From: Methylotenera sp.
GTDB taxonomy: Bacteria; Pseudomonadota; Gammaproteobacteria; Burkholderiales; Methylophilaceae
Assembly (NCBI GenBank): GCA_028688575.1
Contig: JAQTXW010000002.1
Coordinates: 6,965 to 70,964, forward strand
Direction of reading: 5' to 3'
Length of the DNA: 64,000 nt
Shown: positions 47,980 to 58,102 of the stretch, piece by piece
Layout: every line of letters starts with the position of its first letter
Numbering within the stretch: position 1 is the stretch's first letter
Made by a program: the position numbers and the translations under genes
The notes under the pieces: model-generated
Databases searched by the model: none
Told to the model about the DNA's origin: nothing
What the model saw: only the letters and a program-made list of their open reading frames with translations

Positions 47980-49479
47980 ATGATTAATCAAAGTTTAGCA
48001 ACATTGAGCCAGATGCTCGCTGAAAAACAAGTTTCAAGTGTAGAGCTTACACAGACTTTTCTGGACAGAATTGATACGCTCAACCCAGACATCAATGCCT
48101 ACATTGCGCTGGATCAGGACAAAACCCTGGCACAAGCGCAAGCCGCAGATGCCCGCATTGCAGCAGGCAATGCATTGCCATTAACAGGTATTCCAATCGC
48201 GCAAAAAGATATATTTTGCGCTAAAGGCTGGCAAACGACCTGCGGGTCAAAAATGCTGGAAAATTTCATCGCACCTTATGATGCGCATGTGATTAGCCAG
48301 TTTGACGCAGTGGGTGCGGTGAATTTGGGTAAGACCAATATGGATGAGTTTGCCATGGGTTCGTCTAATGAGACCAGCTATTTCGGCGGCGTGAAAAACC
48401 CCTGGGATTTAACTAGAGTGCCAGGCGGCAGCAGTGGCGGCAGTGCTGCCGCGGTGGCTGCTAGATTGTGCGCGGCAGCTACGGGTACGGATACTGGGGG
48501 CTCCATTCGCCAGCCGGCCTCATTGTGCGGCTTTACAGGATTGAAACCGACTTATGGTGTAGTGTCACGTTACGGCATGATTGCTTTTGCTTCCAGCCTT
48601 GATCAGGCAGGGCCAATGGCTAAATCGGCAGAAGACTGTGCTTTGATGATGAATGTGATGGCGGGCTTTGATGAGCGCGATTCTACCAGTCTGAATCGTA
48701 AAAAAGAAGATTACTCCAGATATCTTAATCAGCCAGTTTCAGGTTTGCCGCTTGCGGGCTTGAAAATAGGTTTGCCTAAAGAGTATTTTGCTGAAGGTTT
48801 GGATGCAGCAGTGGCTAAAGTGGTGATGGATGCTGTTGCCGAATACAAAAAATTAGGCGCTGAAGTCATCGAAATTTCCCTGCCTAATACAGGATTGTCC
48901 ATTCCTGTTTACTATGTGTTGGCGCCTGCTGAGGCCTCAAGCAATTTATCTCGCTATGACGGTGTGCGTTACGGCCATCGTGCGGATCAGTATGCCGATT
49001 TAATGGAAATGTATTGTAAATCACGTGCTGAAGGCTTTGGCGCGGAGGTGAAGCGTCGTATCTTGATTGGTACTTATGTATTAAGTGCTGGTTACTATGA
49101 TGCCTATTACCTCAAGGCGCAGCAGATTCGCCGTTTAATTGCGCAGGATTTTGTTGAGGCATTTAAGCGATGTGACGTGATCGTAGGGCCCGCTGCACCT
49201 TCAACTGCATTTAAGGCGGGTGAAAAAGTGGATGATCCTGTGGCAATGTATCTGCAGGATATTTATACAATTTCTACCAACTTGGCGGGACTTCCTGGTA
49301 TGAGTGTTCCTGCAGGGTTTGCACAAGCTAATGACGGCGTGCCGTTACCAGTGGGCTTGCAGATTATCGGCAACTACTTTGATGAGGCGCGTATGCTCAA
49401 TGTGGCGCATCAGTACCAACGGGTCACGGACTGGCATACAAGGATGCCAGACTTAACAGCGATAGAGGGTGTTGCATAA
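47980..49479 (+). CDS. gatA: Asp-tRNA(Asn)/Glu-tRNA(Gln) amidotransferase subunit A
   Basis: Amidase signature [13 protein letters not shown]...[12 protein letters not shown]. Confidence 0.96.
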   Translation: MINQSLATLSQMLAEKQVSSVELTQTFLDRIDTLNPDINAYIALDQDKTLAQAQAADARIAAGNALPLTGIPIAQKDIFCAKGWQTTCGSKMLENFIAPYDAHVISQFDAVGAVNLGKTNMDEFAMGSSNETSYFGGVKNPWDLTRVPGGSSGGSAAAVAARLCAAATGTDTGGSIRQPASLCGFTGLKPTYGVVSRYGMIAFASSLDQAGPMAKSAEDCALMMNVMAGFDERDSTSLNRKKEDYSRYLNQPVSGLPLAGLKIGLPKEYFAEGLDAAVAKVVMDAVAEYKKLGAEVIEISLPNTGLSIPVYYVLAPAEASSNLSRYDGVRYGHRADQYADLMEMYCKSRAEGFGAEVKRRILIGTYVLSAGYYDAYYLKAQQIRRLIAQDFVEAFKRCDVIVGPAAPSTAFKAGEKVDDPVAMYLQDIYTISTNLAGLPGMSVPAGFAQANDGVPLPVGLQIIGNYFDEARMLNVAHQYQRVTDWHTRMPDLTAIEGVA

Positions 49480-50927
49480 TGGAATGGGAAGTTGTTATCG
49501 GGCTGGAAACGCACGCCCAACTGCAAACTAACACTAAGATTTTTTCAGGGGCATCGACTGCTTTTGGCGCAGAGCCTAACACGCAAGCATGTGAGGTGAG
49601 TATTGCGCTGCCTGGCGTACTGCCAGTTCTGAACAAAGAAGCGGTGCATTGCGCGATTAAATTTGGCTTGGCTGTCAATGCGGAAATCGCACCGCGCTCG
49701 GTATTTGCACGCAAAAATTACTTTTACCCAGACTTGCCAAAAGGTTACCAGATTAGTCAATATGAATTGCCCGTCGTCGGTAAGGGTGCAGTGACGATAC
49801 AAGTGCCAGCGGCTGGTAAAAATCCAGCATATGAAAAAGTCGTTAATATCACGCGCGCGCATCTGGAAGAAGACGCAGGTAAATCTGTGCACGGTGCAGT
49901 GGAAGGTATGAGCGGGATAGATTTGAATCGCGCGGGCACACCTTTGCTGGAGATTGTAACCGAACCTGATATGCGCTCCGCCGCCGAGGCGGTGGCTTAT
50001 GCTAAAAAGCTGCATGAGCTGGTGCAGTGGATTGGTATCTGCGATGGCAATATGCAGGAAGGAAGTTTCCGCTGTGATGTCAATGTGTCTGTGCGTCCCA
50101 AGGGCTCAGATAAGCTGGGCACGCGCCGTGAGATTAAAAATCTTAATTCATTTAGATTCATGCAGCAGGCAATTGAATATGAAACCCGCTGGCAGATAGA
50201 AACCTTGGAAGATGGCGGTACGATCCATCAGGCAACGGTGCTGTTTAACCCAGATACAGGTGAAACGCGCGCGATGCGCAGTAAAGAGGAAGCTAACGAT
50301 TATCGGTATTTCCCCGATCCAGATTTGCTGCCACTGGAAATTACCGAAGCTGACAAAGCGCAGGTGAAGTTGCTGATGCCTGAGCTCCCTAGTGCGATGA
50401 AGGCCAGATTTGAGGCGGAGTATGGCCTGACAAATTATGATGCAGCCACACTCACAGCAAGCCGTGCGCTGGCTGATTATTTTGTTGCCACTGTCAATGC
50501 AGGCGCTGAAGCGAAGCCTGCCGCGAACTGGACGATGGGCGCAATTTCTGCAAAACTGAATGCTGAAGAAAAGTCGTTGGCGGATTCTCCTGTGACTGCT
50601 GTGCAATTGGCCAGTTTGCTCAAGCGTATTGCCGATAACACGATCTCCAACAATGCGGCCAAACAGGTATTTGAAGCCATGTGGAATGGTGAGGGTGAGG
50701 TGGACGCGATCATTGAAGCCAAAGGCCTAAAGCAAGTTTCAGATACAGGTGCGATTGAGGCGATTATTGATGAAGTATTAGCCGCCAATCAGGCCATGGT
50801 CGAAGAGTTTAAAGCGGGTAAAGAAAAGGCGTTCAATGCTTTGGTGGGCCAGGCCATGAAGGCGTCAAAGGGTAAGGCAAATCCTGCGCAGGTGAATGAA
50901 ATTCTAAAGACAAAGCTTGGCGCGTAA
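49479..50927 (+). CDS. gatB: Asp-tRNA(Asn)/Glu-tRNA(Gln) amidotransferase subunit B
   Basis: [26 protein letters not shown], and a GatB_Yqey tail. Confidence 0.96.
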   Translation: MEWEVVIGLETHAQLQTNTKIFSGASTAFGAEPNTQACEVSIALPGVLPVLNKEAVHCAIKFGLAVNAEIAPRSVFARKNYFYPDLPKGYQISQYELPVVGKGAVTIQVPAAGKNPAYEKVVNITRAHLEEDAGKSVHGAVEGMSGIDLNRAGTPLLEIVTEPDMRSAAEAVAYAKKLHELVQWIGICDGNMQEGSFRCDVNVSVRPKGSDKLGTRREIKNLNSFRFMQQAIEYETRWQIETLEDGGTIHQATVLFNPDTGETRAMRSKEEANDYRYFPDPDLLPLEITEADKAQVKLLMPELPSAMKARFEAEYGLTNYDAATLTASRALADYFVATVNAGAEAKPAANWTMGAISAKLNAEEKSLADSPVTAVQLASLLKRIADNTISNNAAKQVFEAMWNGEGEVDAIIEAKGLKQVSDTGAIEAIIDEVLAANQAMVEEFKAGKEKAFNALVGQAMKASKGKANPAQVNEILKTKLGA

Positions 50928-51009
50928 CTGCTAATTTTGGAGGCCGCGTTTATAGAAGCACGACTGAAATGCTTGATCAGGGTGCGTGTAATACTCAAGA
51001 TTACACCTG

Positions 51010-51702
51010 CTAATTGCGCTGAGTAGGGGGCGGTGTTTTTTGCGTTTCTTCGAGGTGCTGATTTCTGAGTAAGATGTAACGCTTTTTGTCGTCATCAAAC
51101 CGTTTGCGGGTGGCTTCTATCAACAGTTTGCGCTCGCTGATTAATTTTTCTGTTTTAGCGATTTCAATTTTGTTGTCGGTGATGTCTGCTTTTAGCTGTG
51201 GAGGGATTGCTTTTTTGCGCTTGGTTAAGTCGTTAACTTTGGCTTCGTTAGCATTCAATCTTTGTAGTTGATTGAATTTTTCCTGTTGCAGATTATCTAG
51301 TGCAATCATATCAAACTGCAGGTTGCGGTCGCGGGCCAGATCAATTTCTTCGGCATGCGTAAACGCGCCGAGCAGTGCTTTGTCTTTTTTGTCCTGTTCA
51401 ACTTTTGCAAGATCCAGCGCCTCTTGCGCTTGATCAGCAGGTTTGTTGCGTTTGACGGTGATGCCTTGGCGATTCATCAGGCTGTTTTCACGGTTGATAT
51501 ATTGCGGCGGTACGCTATCTCCGTAATGGGTGACACCTTTTTCATCTTTCCACTTCACTATACGCCCAGAACTTTGCTCGGCCAGTGCAGGCTGCGAAAT
51601 GTATGCTGTCAATATGGCCAGTAACAGAAAAAAACAAACAGCGGCTTGCACAGAATACTGTGACGTATATTCTTTTAGCATGCTGCTTTTGAGTCTGGCC
51701 AT
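51010..51702 (-). CDS. DUF4124 domain protein with coiled-coil tail
   Basis: Signal/anchor sequence, then IVKWKDEKGVTHYGDSVP (DUF4124) and a long charged helical region. Confidence 0.65.
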   Translation of the reverse strand: MARLKSSMLKEYTSQYSVQAAVCFFLLLAILTAYISQPALAEQSSGRIVKWKDEKGVTHYGDSVPPQYINRENSLMNRQGITVKRNKPADQAQEALDLAKVEQDKKDKALLGAFTHAEEIDLARDRNLQFDMIALDNLQQEKFNQLQRLNANEAKVNDLTKRKKAIPPQLKADITDNKIEIAKTEKLISERKLLIEATRKRFDDDKKRYILLRNQHLEETQKTPPPTQRN

Positions 51703-51743
51703 TTTAAATGTTCAATCAAGGTTAATGTGTAAGCTTCAAAGGG

Positions 51744-52397
51744 TTAAATAACACCATATTGCTGGCGGTATTGCTTAACCGCAAGCAAGTTTTGCGCCAA
51801 GTCTTGATTTTTTTCCAAAAATGTCAATAAATCGTTCAAATTGGCAATCGCACATACTGGAATGTGATTGCTTTGAACCACTTCCTGCACGGCTGAAAGT
51901 TCACCTAATCCTTTTTCTTGCCGATCAATGGCAATGGCCACGCCGCAAGCGTTGGCGCCATTGCCACGGATGAGTTCTACTGATTCACGCACAGAGGTGC
52001 CAGCCGAAATGACATCATCAATAATGAGTACGCGGCCTTTGAGCGGGCTGCCGACGATGACACCACCTTCCCCATGGTCTTTGGCCTCTTTTCTGTTGTA
52101 GGCATAGGGCAAATTGTGACCATTTTTGGCAAACGCGATGGCAATACTTGCCACAAGTGTAATGCCTTTGTAAGCGGGGCCAAACAGCATGTCAAATTCA
52201 ATCCCAGAGTTTTGAATCGCTTTAGCGTAAAATTCGCCTAGTTTCATGAGGCTTTCACCATCGTTAAATAAGCCTGCGTTAAAGAAGTAAGGGCTTAATC
52301 TGCCTGCCTTGGTTTTATATTCGCCAAATTTTAAAACCTCTTTTTTTATCGCAAATGCGATAAACTCTTGTCTAAACTGATCTGCTGCTTGGGTCAT
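51744..52397 (-). CDS. pyrE: Orotate phosphoribosyltransferase
   Basis: PRPP motif VLIIDDVISAGTS, GPAYKGI. Confidence 0.95.
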   Translation of the reverse strand: MTQAADQFRQEFIAFAIKKEVLKFGEYKTKAGRLSPYFFNAGLFNDGESLMKLGEFYAKAIQNSGIEFDMLFGPAYKGITLVASIAIAFAKNGHNLPYAYNRKEAKDHGEGGVIVGSPLKGRVLIIDDVISAGTSVRESVELIRGNGANACGVAIAIDRQEKGLGELSAVQEVVQSNHIPVCAIANLNDLLTFLEKNQDLAQNLLAVKQYRQQYGVI

Positions 52398-52430
52398 ATG
52401 TTTATCTACTAAAAATTCAGGAATAAAGTT

Positions 52431-53210
52431 TTGAAGATTATATCGTTAAATTTGAATGGCATACGCTCTGCATCCAACAAAGGTTTATACCCTTGGCTTA
52501 AAGAACAAGATGCAGATATTGTATGCATGCAGGAAATCAAGGCACAGGCAGGTGATATGACCACGCAGATGCTGAACCCTGAGGGTTATTTCGGTTACTT
52601 TCACTATGCCGAAAAAAAAGGTTATAGCGGTGTAGGCATTTATTCAAAAAAACAGCCAGATGTTATTGTTGAGGGTTTGGGCATTGCGGATATTGATAGT
52701 GAAGGTCGCTATATAGAAGCACGCTTTGGAAATTTGAGTGTGGTGTCACTTTATTTGCCTTCTGGCTCTAGTGGTGAGGAGCGCCAAGCGTTTAAGTTTA
52801 GCGTAATGGAGCGCTTCATGCCTCAGTTAGAGGCCTTGAGGCAAAGTGGTCGTGATGTGGTCATTTGCGGTGACTGGAATATCGCACACCAGGAAATTGA
52901 TTTAAAGAACTGGAAAGGCAATAAAAAGAATTCTGGTTTTTTGCCTGAAGAACGAGCCTGGCTTACACATTTGTTTGAAGCATTGGGCTGGGTCGATGTT
53001 TATCGTCAACTGCATCCGCATGCAACGGATGAGTGTTACACCTGGTGGAGTAATCGCGGCCAAGCTTGGGCAAAAAATGTAGGTTGGCGCATTGATTATC
53101 AAATCGCTACGCCAGAGTTGGCGGCTAAAGCGGTGGTCGGTCATGTTTATAAAGATGAGCGTTTTAGCGATCATGCCCCATTGATCATTGATTATGCGAA
53201 TGCAGGTTAA
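52431..53210 (+). CDS. xthA: Exodeoxyribonuclease III
   Basis: NLNGIR, CMQE, GDWNIAH, SDHAP. TTG start. Confidence 0.93.
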   Translation: MKIISLNLNGIRSASNKGLYPWLKEQDADIVCMQEIKAQAGDMTTQMLNPEGYFGYFHYAEKKGYSGVGIYSKKQPDVIVEGLGIADIDSEGRYIEARFGNLSVVSLYLPSGSSGEERQAFKFSVMERFMPQLEALRQSGRDVVICGDWNIAHQEIDLKNWKGNKKNSGFLPEERAWLTHLFEALGWVDVYRQLHPHATDECYTWWSNRGQAWAKNVGWRIDYQIATPELAAKAVVGHVYKDERFSDHAPLIIDYANAG

Positions 53211-53315
53211 GTGGTGTGTTTGACATCGGCTTATATGCAAAAAAATAATGGTGCTGGGTTTCAAAGTCAGATGACTAACCGCAAGGACTGATCCAATGAT
53301 AGAGTTTTCAAAGAG

Positions 53316-54824
53316 ATGAAATTAGCACAATTAAAACGTTTACAGCGCATTATCGCGATACTGTTTCTCGGTTTTGTTTCAGGGCTGCCGCTTGCGCTCA
53401 CAGGTCAGGCGATGCAGGCCTGGCTTGTGATGGATGGTGTTGCCATCGCTACCATTGGTTTTTTGGCTTTGGTTGGCATGCCTTACACGTTCAAGTTCTT
53501 ATGGGCGCCGCTAATGGACAGGTTTGAACCGCCCTTGTTTGGCAGAAGGCGCGGCTGGCTCGTAATCACGCAGCTGGCATTGGCGATGGTGATTTATTTT
53601 TTATCTACATTAGTATTTGCCGAAACACCTAAATTGTTCGCACTGTGTGCCTTGTTGCTGGCATTTTTATCAGCCTCCCAGGACATTGTTATCGATGCTT
53701 ACCGAACCGATCTTCTTGTAGAGAGCGAACGTGGTATCGGTGCTTCAATGTCGGTGCTGGGTTATCGTGTCGGCATGATTTTGTCAGGCGGTGTAGCACT
53801 CATATGGGCAGATCAGTGGCAAAGCTGGAGCCGGGTGTATGAGGTGATGGCCATGATTATGCTGGTGGCTGGCATGTTTTCATTGATTTTTCTTCCTGCT
53901 GTTAAAAGCGATGTGAAGCATCTATCTTCAGATCCTAGGCGAGAGTTGTTGGGCTTTGCTGCGCTGGTAATGGGCGTGTTTTTAAGTATTTATGTGGTGC
54001 GACAGCTATTTATTTTTGGCGGTTTTGATATAGAAAACCCAAATAAATGGTTGCAGCTTGTCTATATTCTCACCAGCATTGCGGTAGCATTGCCACTTGG
54101 GCTGTTGGCCGCGAGAATAGCAGGTTTTGCTACGCTCAATCAGTCTTTATCCAGTTATTTTAGCCAGAAAAGCGCTTGGGCTTTTTTGGTTTTAATTATT
54201 TTGTACAAGTTAGGTGATGCGTTTGCAGGCAGCCTGCTGACGCCATTTCTGTTAAAAGGCATGTTGTACAGTCAGGTTGAAGTGGGGATTATCAATAAGG
54301 TAATGGGGATCTGGCTCACCATCATCGGTGCGTTTTTGGGTGGCTTGCTGATGATGCGCTTGAGCCTGTTTCAGGCGCTGATGAGCTTTGGCATTATGCA
54401 GTTGATATCTAATTTTGGGTTCTATGCGCTTGCTGTGCTCGGCAAGGGAGCGTGGGGTGGTTTTATGCTACAGCCGTTTGATTTGGGGTTTGTGTCAATT
54501 GCAGAGCCTTCGCAAATCGACGCCCTCTTGCTTGGTGCGATTGCGCTTGAAAATATCACTGGCGGTATGGGTACAGCCGCGTTTGTCGCGCTGCTTATGG
54601 CGTTGTGCAGCAATCAGTTTAGTGCAACACATTATGCATTATTGTCTGCGTTGGCCTCAGTTGGGCGCATTTATGTCAGCCCTGTTTCAGGTGTGCTTGC
54701 AGAAAGCATTGGCTGGCAGAGCTTTTTTCTATTCTCTGCCATGGTGGCGTTGCCAGGGTTGCTGATGCTGGCCTGGATGAGATTGTCGGTAGATAAAATA
54801 AGCATGCGCGAGCCAAGTGTTTAG
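53316..54824 (+). CDS. ampG: AmpG family muropeptide MFS transporter
   Basis: FKFLWAPLMDR, DAYR and 12 or more TM helices. Confidence 0.85.
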   Translation: MKLAQLKRLQRIIAILFLGFVSGLPLALTGQAMQAWLVMDGVAIATIGFLALVGMPYTFKFLWAPLMDRFEPPLFGRRRGWLVITQLALAMVIYFLSTLVFAETPKLFALCALLLAFLSASQDIVIDAYRTDLLVESERGIGASMSVLGYRVGMILSGGVALIWADQWQSWSRVYEVMAMIMLVAGMFSLIFLPAVKSDVKHLSSDPRRELLGFAALVMGVFLSIYVVRQLFIFGGFDIENPNKWLQLVYILTSIAVALPLGLLAARIAGFATLNQSLSSYFSQKSAWAFLVLIILYKLGDAFAGSLLTPFLLKGMLYSQVEVGIINKVMGIWLTIIGAFLGGLLMMRLSLFQALMSFGIMQLISNFGFYALAVLGKGAWGGFMLQPFDLGFVSIAEPSQIDALLLGAIALENITGGMGTAAFVALLMALCSNQFSATHYALLSALASVGRIYVSPVSGVLAESIGWQSFFLFSAMVALPGLLMLAWMRLSVDKISMREPSV

Positions 54825-54848
54825 CTGGCGGTACGGAAGCATTGCGTG

Positions 54849-55478
54849 TTACACGCCAAGTTGGCGAGATTTTAATCGATATATGGCTAAGTTACCCAAT
54901 ATGTTAGGCATCCAATGAATTTCTTTGCTATCGGTGATAACCTTGCGTTGAATGATTTCAATCTGGTGATTACGGCAGAACTCATCAAAATCATTGATGG
55001 TGCATAAGTGCACGTTGGGCGTGTCATACCATTGGTAAGGTAGTATTTTGGATACTGGCATACGTCCTGCTGTGATTTGCCAGCGATTTCGCCAATAACC
55101 AAAATTGGGGAATGTCACAATCACTTCTTTTCCCACGCGCAACATTTCCAGCACAATTTTTTCGGTATTGTGCATGGCCTGCAAGGTTTGTGAGAGTACC
55201 ACAGTATCGAACGACTGGTTTTCAAATCCAGATAAGCCGTCTTCTAAATCCATCTGAATCACGTTGATGTTATTTTTAATGCAGGCAAGTACGTTAGCAT
55301 CATCTTTTTCTACGCCATAGCCTTTAACTTCGAGTGAGCCACGTAAAAACTGCAGTAACTCCCCGTTGCCGCAGCCTAAGTCAAGCAGTTTGCAGCCAAA
55401 CTTAAGCCAGTTTGCGATTATTGCAAAATCTTGACGAAATTCAGTCACATTATTTGTAATACTTACACTATTTGGCAT
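54849..55478 (-). CDS. metW: Methionine biosynthesis protein MetW
   Basis: [12 protein letters not shown] methyltransferase-like fold downstream of and overlapping metX. ATG at 55478. Confidence 0.9.
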   Translation of the reverse strand: MPNSVSITNNVTEFRQDFAIIANWLKFGCKLLDLGCGNGELLQFLRGSLEVKGYGVEKDDANVLACIKNNINVIQMDLEDGLSGFENQSFDTVVLSQTLQAMHNTEKIVLEMLRVGKEVIVTFPNFGYWRNRWQITAGRMPVSKILPYQWYDTPNVHLCTINDFDEFCRNHQIEIIQRKVITDSKEIHWMPNILGNLAIYRLKSRQLGV

Positions 55479-56610
55479 GGTTGTCACCAATATCAATGTT
55501 GCTAATATAACTTCTCAAAATAGCGTGGTAGTGTTTATCTGGCATGAGGAAGGCATCATGACCATGTGCTGCTGTAATTTCTGCGTAGCTCACCGTTCTT
55601 TCGTTATCTAATAAGGCTTTTACGATTTCGCGCGAGCGTGCAGGCGAAAATCGCCAGTCACTGGTAAATGAGAGCACTAGAAATTGCGCTTTTGTGCCAC
55701 TTAATGCTTGCGTGAGGTCGCCACCGTGTTGGAGTGCGGGGTCATAATAATCCAATGCTCGTGTCATGCGGATGTAAGTATTCGCATCAAATTCACCTGC
55801 AAACTTATCCCCCTGATAGCGCAGGTAAGATTCCATTTCAAATTCAACATCAAAACTATAGTTAATCTGGTCGCGAAGTTTGCGGCCAAATTTCTCGCCC
55901 ATAACGTCATCGCTTAAATAAGTGATGTGTCCCAGCATGCGCGCAATACGCAGACCGCGGCGCGGGACTACCTGATGTTCATAGTAATTGCCTTCATGAA
56001 ATTCAGGGTCGGTAATAATGGCTTGGCGAGCCACTTCATTAAATGCCATATTCTGTGCGGTGAGATTGGGCGCAGAGGCAATGACAAGGGCATGGTCGAC
56101 GCGGTCAGGGTAAGCAATGGTCCATTCCAGCGCCTGCATCCCACCAAGGCTGCCGCCTACTACAGCTGCGAGTTTTTTGATGCCCAAAGCATCCAATAAT
56201 AAGGCTTGTGAATTTACCCAGTCCTCTACGGTAACAATAGGGAAGTCAGCGCCCCATGGTTTGTTTGTGTCTGGATTGATGGATTTTGGCCCCGAGCTAC
56301 CGTGACAGCCGCCTAAATTGTTAAGGCCAATCACAAAGAATTTATTGGTGTCTAATGGTTTTCCTGGTCCGATAAGGTTATCCCACCAGCCTGGATATTT
56401 GTCATTTTCACTATATTTGCCAGCAACATGATGATTGCCAGATAGTGCGTGGCAAATCAAAACCGCATTTGACTTGCTGGCATTGAGCGTGCCATAGGTT
56501 TCAAACACCAAGTCAAATTGCGGCAACACCCTGCCACACTTCAGTGTTAATGGCGTATCAAAGTGCGCTGTTTGCGGAGCAACGATACCAATGGAGTAAT
56601 TTTCTTGCAT
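55468..56610 (-). CDS. metX: Homoserine O-acyltransferase (MetX type)
   Basis: Alpha/beta hydrolase with GGSLGGMQ nucleophile, ICHALSG, and a C-terminal GHDAFL. Confidence 0.93.
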   Translation of the reverse strand: MQENYSIGIVAPQTAHFDTPLTLKCGRVLPQFDLVFETYGTLNASKSNAVLICHALSGNHHVAGKYSENDKYPGWWDNLIGPGKPLDTNKFFVIGLNNLGGCHGSSGPKSINPDTNKPWGADFPIVTVEDWVNSQALLLDALGIKKLAAVVGGSLGGMQALEWTIAYPDRVDHALVIASAPNLTAQNMAFNEVARQAIITDPEFHEGNYYEHQVVPRRGLRIARMLGHITYLSDDVMGEKFGRKLRDQINYSFDVEFEMESYLRYQGDKFAGEFDANTYIRMTRALDYYDPALQHGGDLTQALSGTKAQFLVLSFTSDWRFSPARSREIVKALLDNERTVSYAEITAAHGHDAFLMPDKHYHAILRSYISNIDIGDNHAK

Positions 56611-56631
56611 GGTTTTATTATACTATGTGTT

Positions 56632-57207
56632 ATGACACAAACTCACGCAACGGATAGACAAAACATGCATGAAAAATTTCAAGGGATAAGTCCTCAGCTC
56701 GGGCTGGCCGTTTATGCTCACCCAACTGCCACGCTCATAGGAGATGTTGTTATAGGGGATAATAGCTCGATTTGGCCAGGTGTAGTCATTCGTGGTGATG
56801 TTAATTTTATCCGTATCGGTCAAAATACTAATGTGCAGGATTTAAGCATGCTGCACGTCAGTCACAAATCCAGCTGGGATGCGCTGGGGTCGCCGTTAAT
56901 TATTGGTGACAATGTCACTATTGGGCATAGTGTGATTTTGCATGGCTGTACGATTGAGAATGAATGTCTTATCGGCATGGGTAGCGTTGTGATGGATAAG
57001 GCGGTGGTCCAACCGCATGTGTTACTGGCAGCGGGTAGTTTGGTGCCAGAGGGCAAAGTATTGGAAAGCGGTTATTTATATGTGGGTAGGCCAGCCAAGA
57101 AAGTACGCGCTTTAACCGCCGAAGAAATCGCACATTTTATGTATTCCGCCAATCACTATGTAAAGCTAAAGAACCAGTATTTACAGACAGTTAATCCCAA
57201 TGTGTAG
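56632..57207 (+). CDS. Gamma carbonic anhydrase family protein (YrdA-like hexapeptide repeat)
   Basis: Co-linear with E. coli YrdA (IWPGVVIRGDVNFIRIG..TNVQD.SMLHV..., LHGCTI). The start could be ATG 56632 or 56665. Confidence 0.85.
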   Translation: MTQTHATDRQNMHEKFQGISPQLGLAVYAHPTATLIGDVVIGDNSSIWPGVVIRGDVNFIRIGQNTNVQDLSMLHVSHKSSWDALGSPLIIGDNVTIGHSVILHGCTIENECLIGMGSVVMDKAVVQPHVLLAAGSLVPEGKVLESGYLYVGRPAKKVRALTAEEIAHFMYSANHYVKLKNQYLQTVNPNV

Positions 57208-58078
57208 AGATAATCAGCGGATTTTTAGCAATGGTGACGCGGTCATTGCCGCCTAAATCTTGCATAGTCTCAATGTCAACCAGCCCCGCGTGCGCCATTA
57301 AATCAGTGACCTGTGTAGCCTGATTGTAACCATGCTCTAACATTAGCCAGCCTTGTGGATTGAGGTTAATCAGGCTATCCGTAATGATCTCGCGGATATC
57401 GTCTAAGCCATCGGCGCCAGATGCCAGCGCGCTGATGGGTTCAAAGCGCAGATCGCCCTGCCCTAAATGCGTATCGCCTTGCTCAATGTAGGGCGGGTTG
57501 CTAACGATTAAGTCAAATTTTTCATTTTTTAATGCGCTGAACCAGTTGCTCAAGGCAAAGCGCACATTGCTGATGCTGAGATTTTTGGCATTTTCAGTGG
57601 CGACATTCAGCGCCGCTTGTGAAGCATCCGTAGCGGTTACTTGGGCATGAGGCCGATTTTTTGCGATGGCTAAAGCAATTGCACCTGTTCCCGTGCCGAG
57701 GTCTAATACGCTGACATGTGCTTTACGATGGGATGAAGCATCAGCAGAATTTGCGTTTTTATCAATTTTACCTAACGCAGCTTCTACCAGCGTTTCTGTA
57801 TCTGGTCGCGGGATGAGTGTGTCTGGTGTGACTTTGAGTTCAAGGCCAAAGAATTCGCGGTAGCCTAAAATGTAGGCAATCGGCTCACCAGATAGTCGGC
57901 GATTAAGTAATAATTCGAGCTCAGCTTGGGTGCTGGCTTGCAGCACATCGTTTTCATGGGCGATAAGCCAAGCGCGATTCACTTTTGCTGCGGCTTGTAA
58001 TAATAACTGCGCTTCAAAGCGTGCATCCTGTGCACTGAACGATAAAGCAGCACTAAGGCGCTGGCAGGTGTTGTGCAA
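57191..58078 (-). CDS. prmC: Peptide chain release factor N(5)-glutamine methyltransferase
   Basis: VLDLGTGTGAIAL SAM motif and the NPPY catalytic motif (SNPPYI). Confidence 0.93.
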   Translation of the reverse strand: MHNTCQRLSAALSFSAQDARFEAQLLLQAAAKVNRAWLIAHENDVLQASTQAELELLLNRRLSGEPIAYILGYREFFGLELKVTPDTLIPRPDTETLVEAALGKIDKNANSADASSHRKAHVSVLDLGTGTGAIALAIAKNRPHAQVTATDASQAALNVATENAKNLSISNVRFALSNWFSALKNEKFDLIVSNPPYIEQGDTHLGQGDLRFEPISALASGADGLDDIREIITDSLINLNPQGWLMLEHGYNQATQVTDLMAHAGLVDIETMQDLGGNDRVTIAKNPLIISTHWD

Positions 58079-58102
58079 TATGCTTTTAATCGTATTAATA
58101 AT

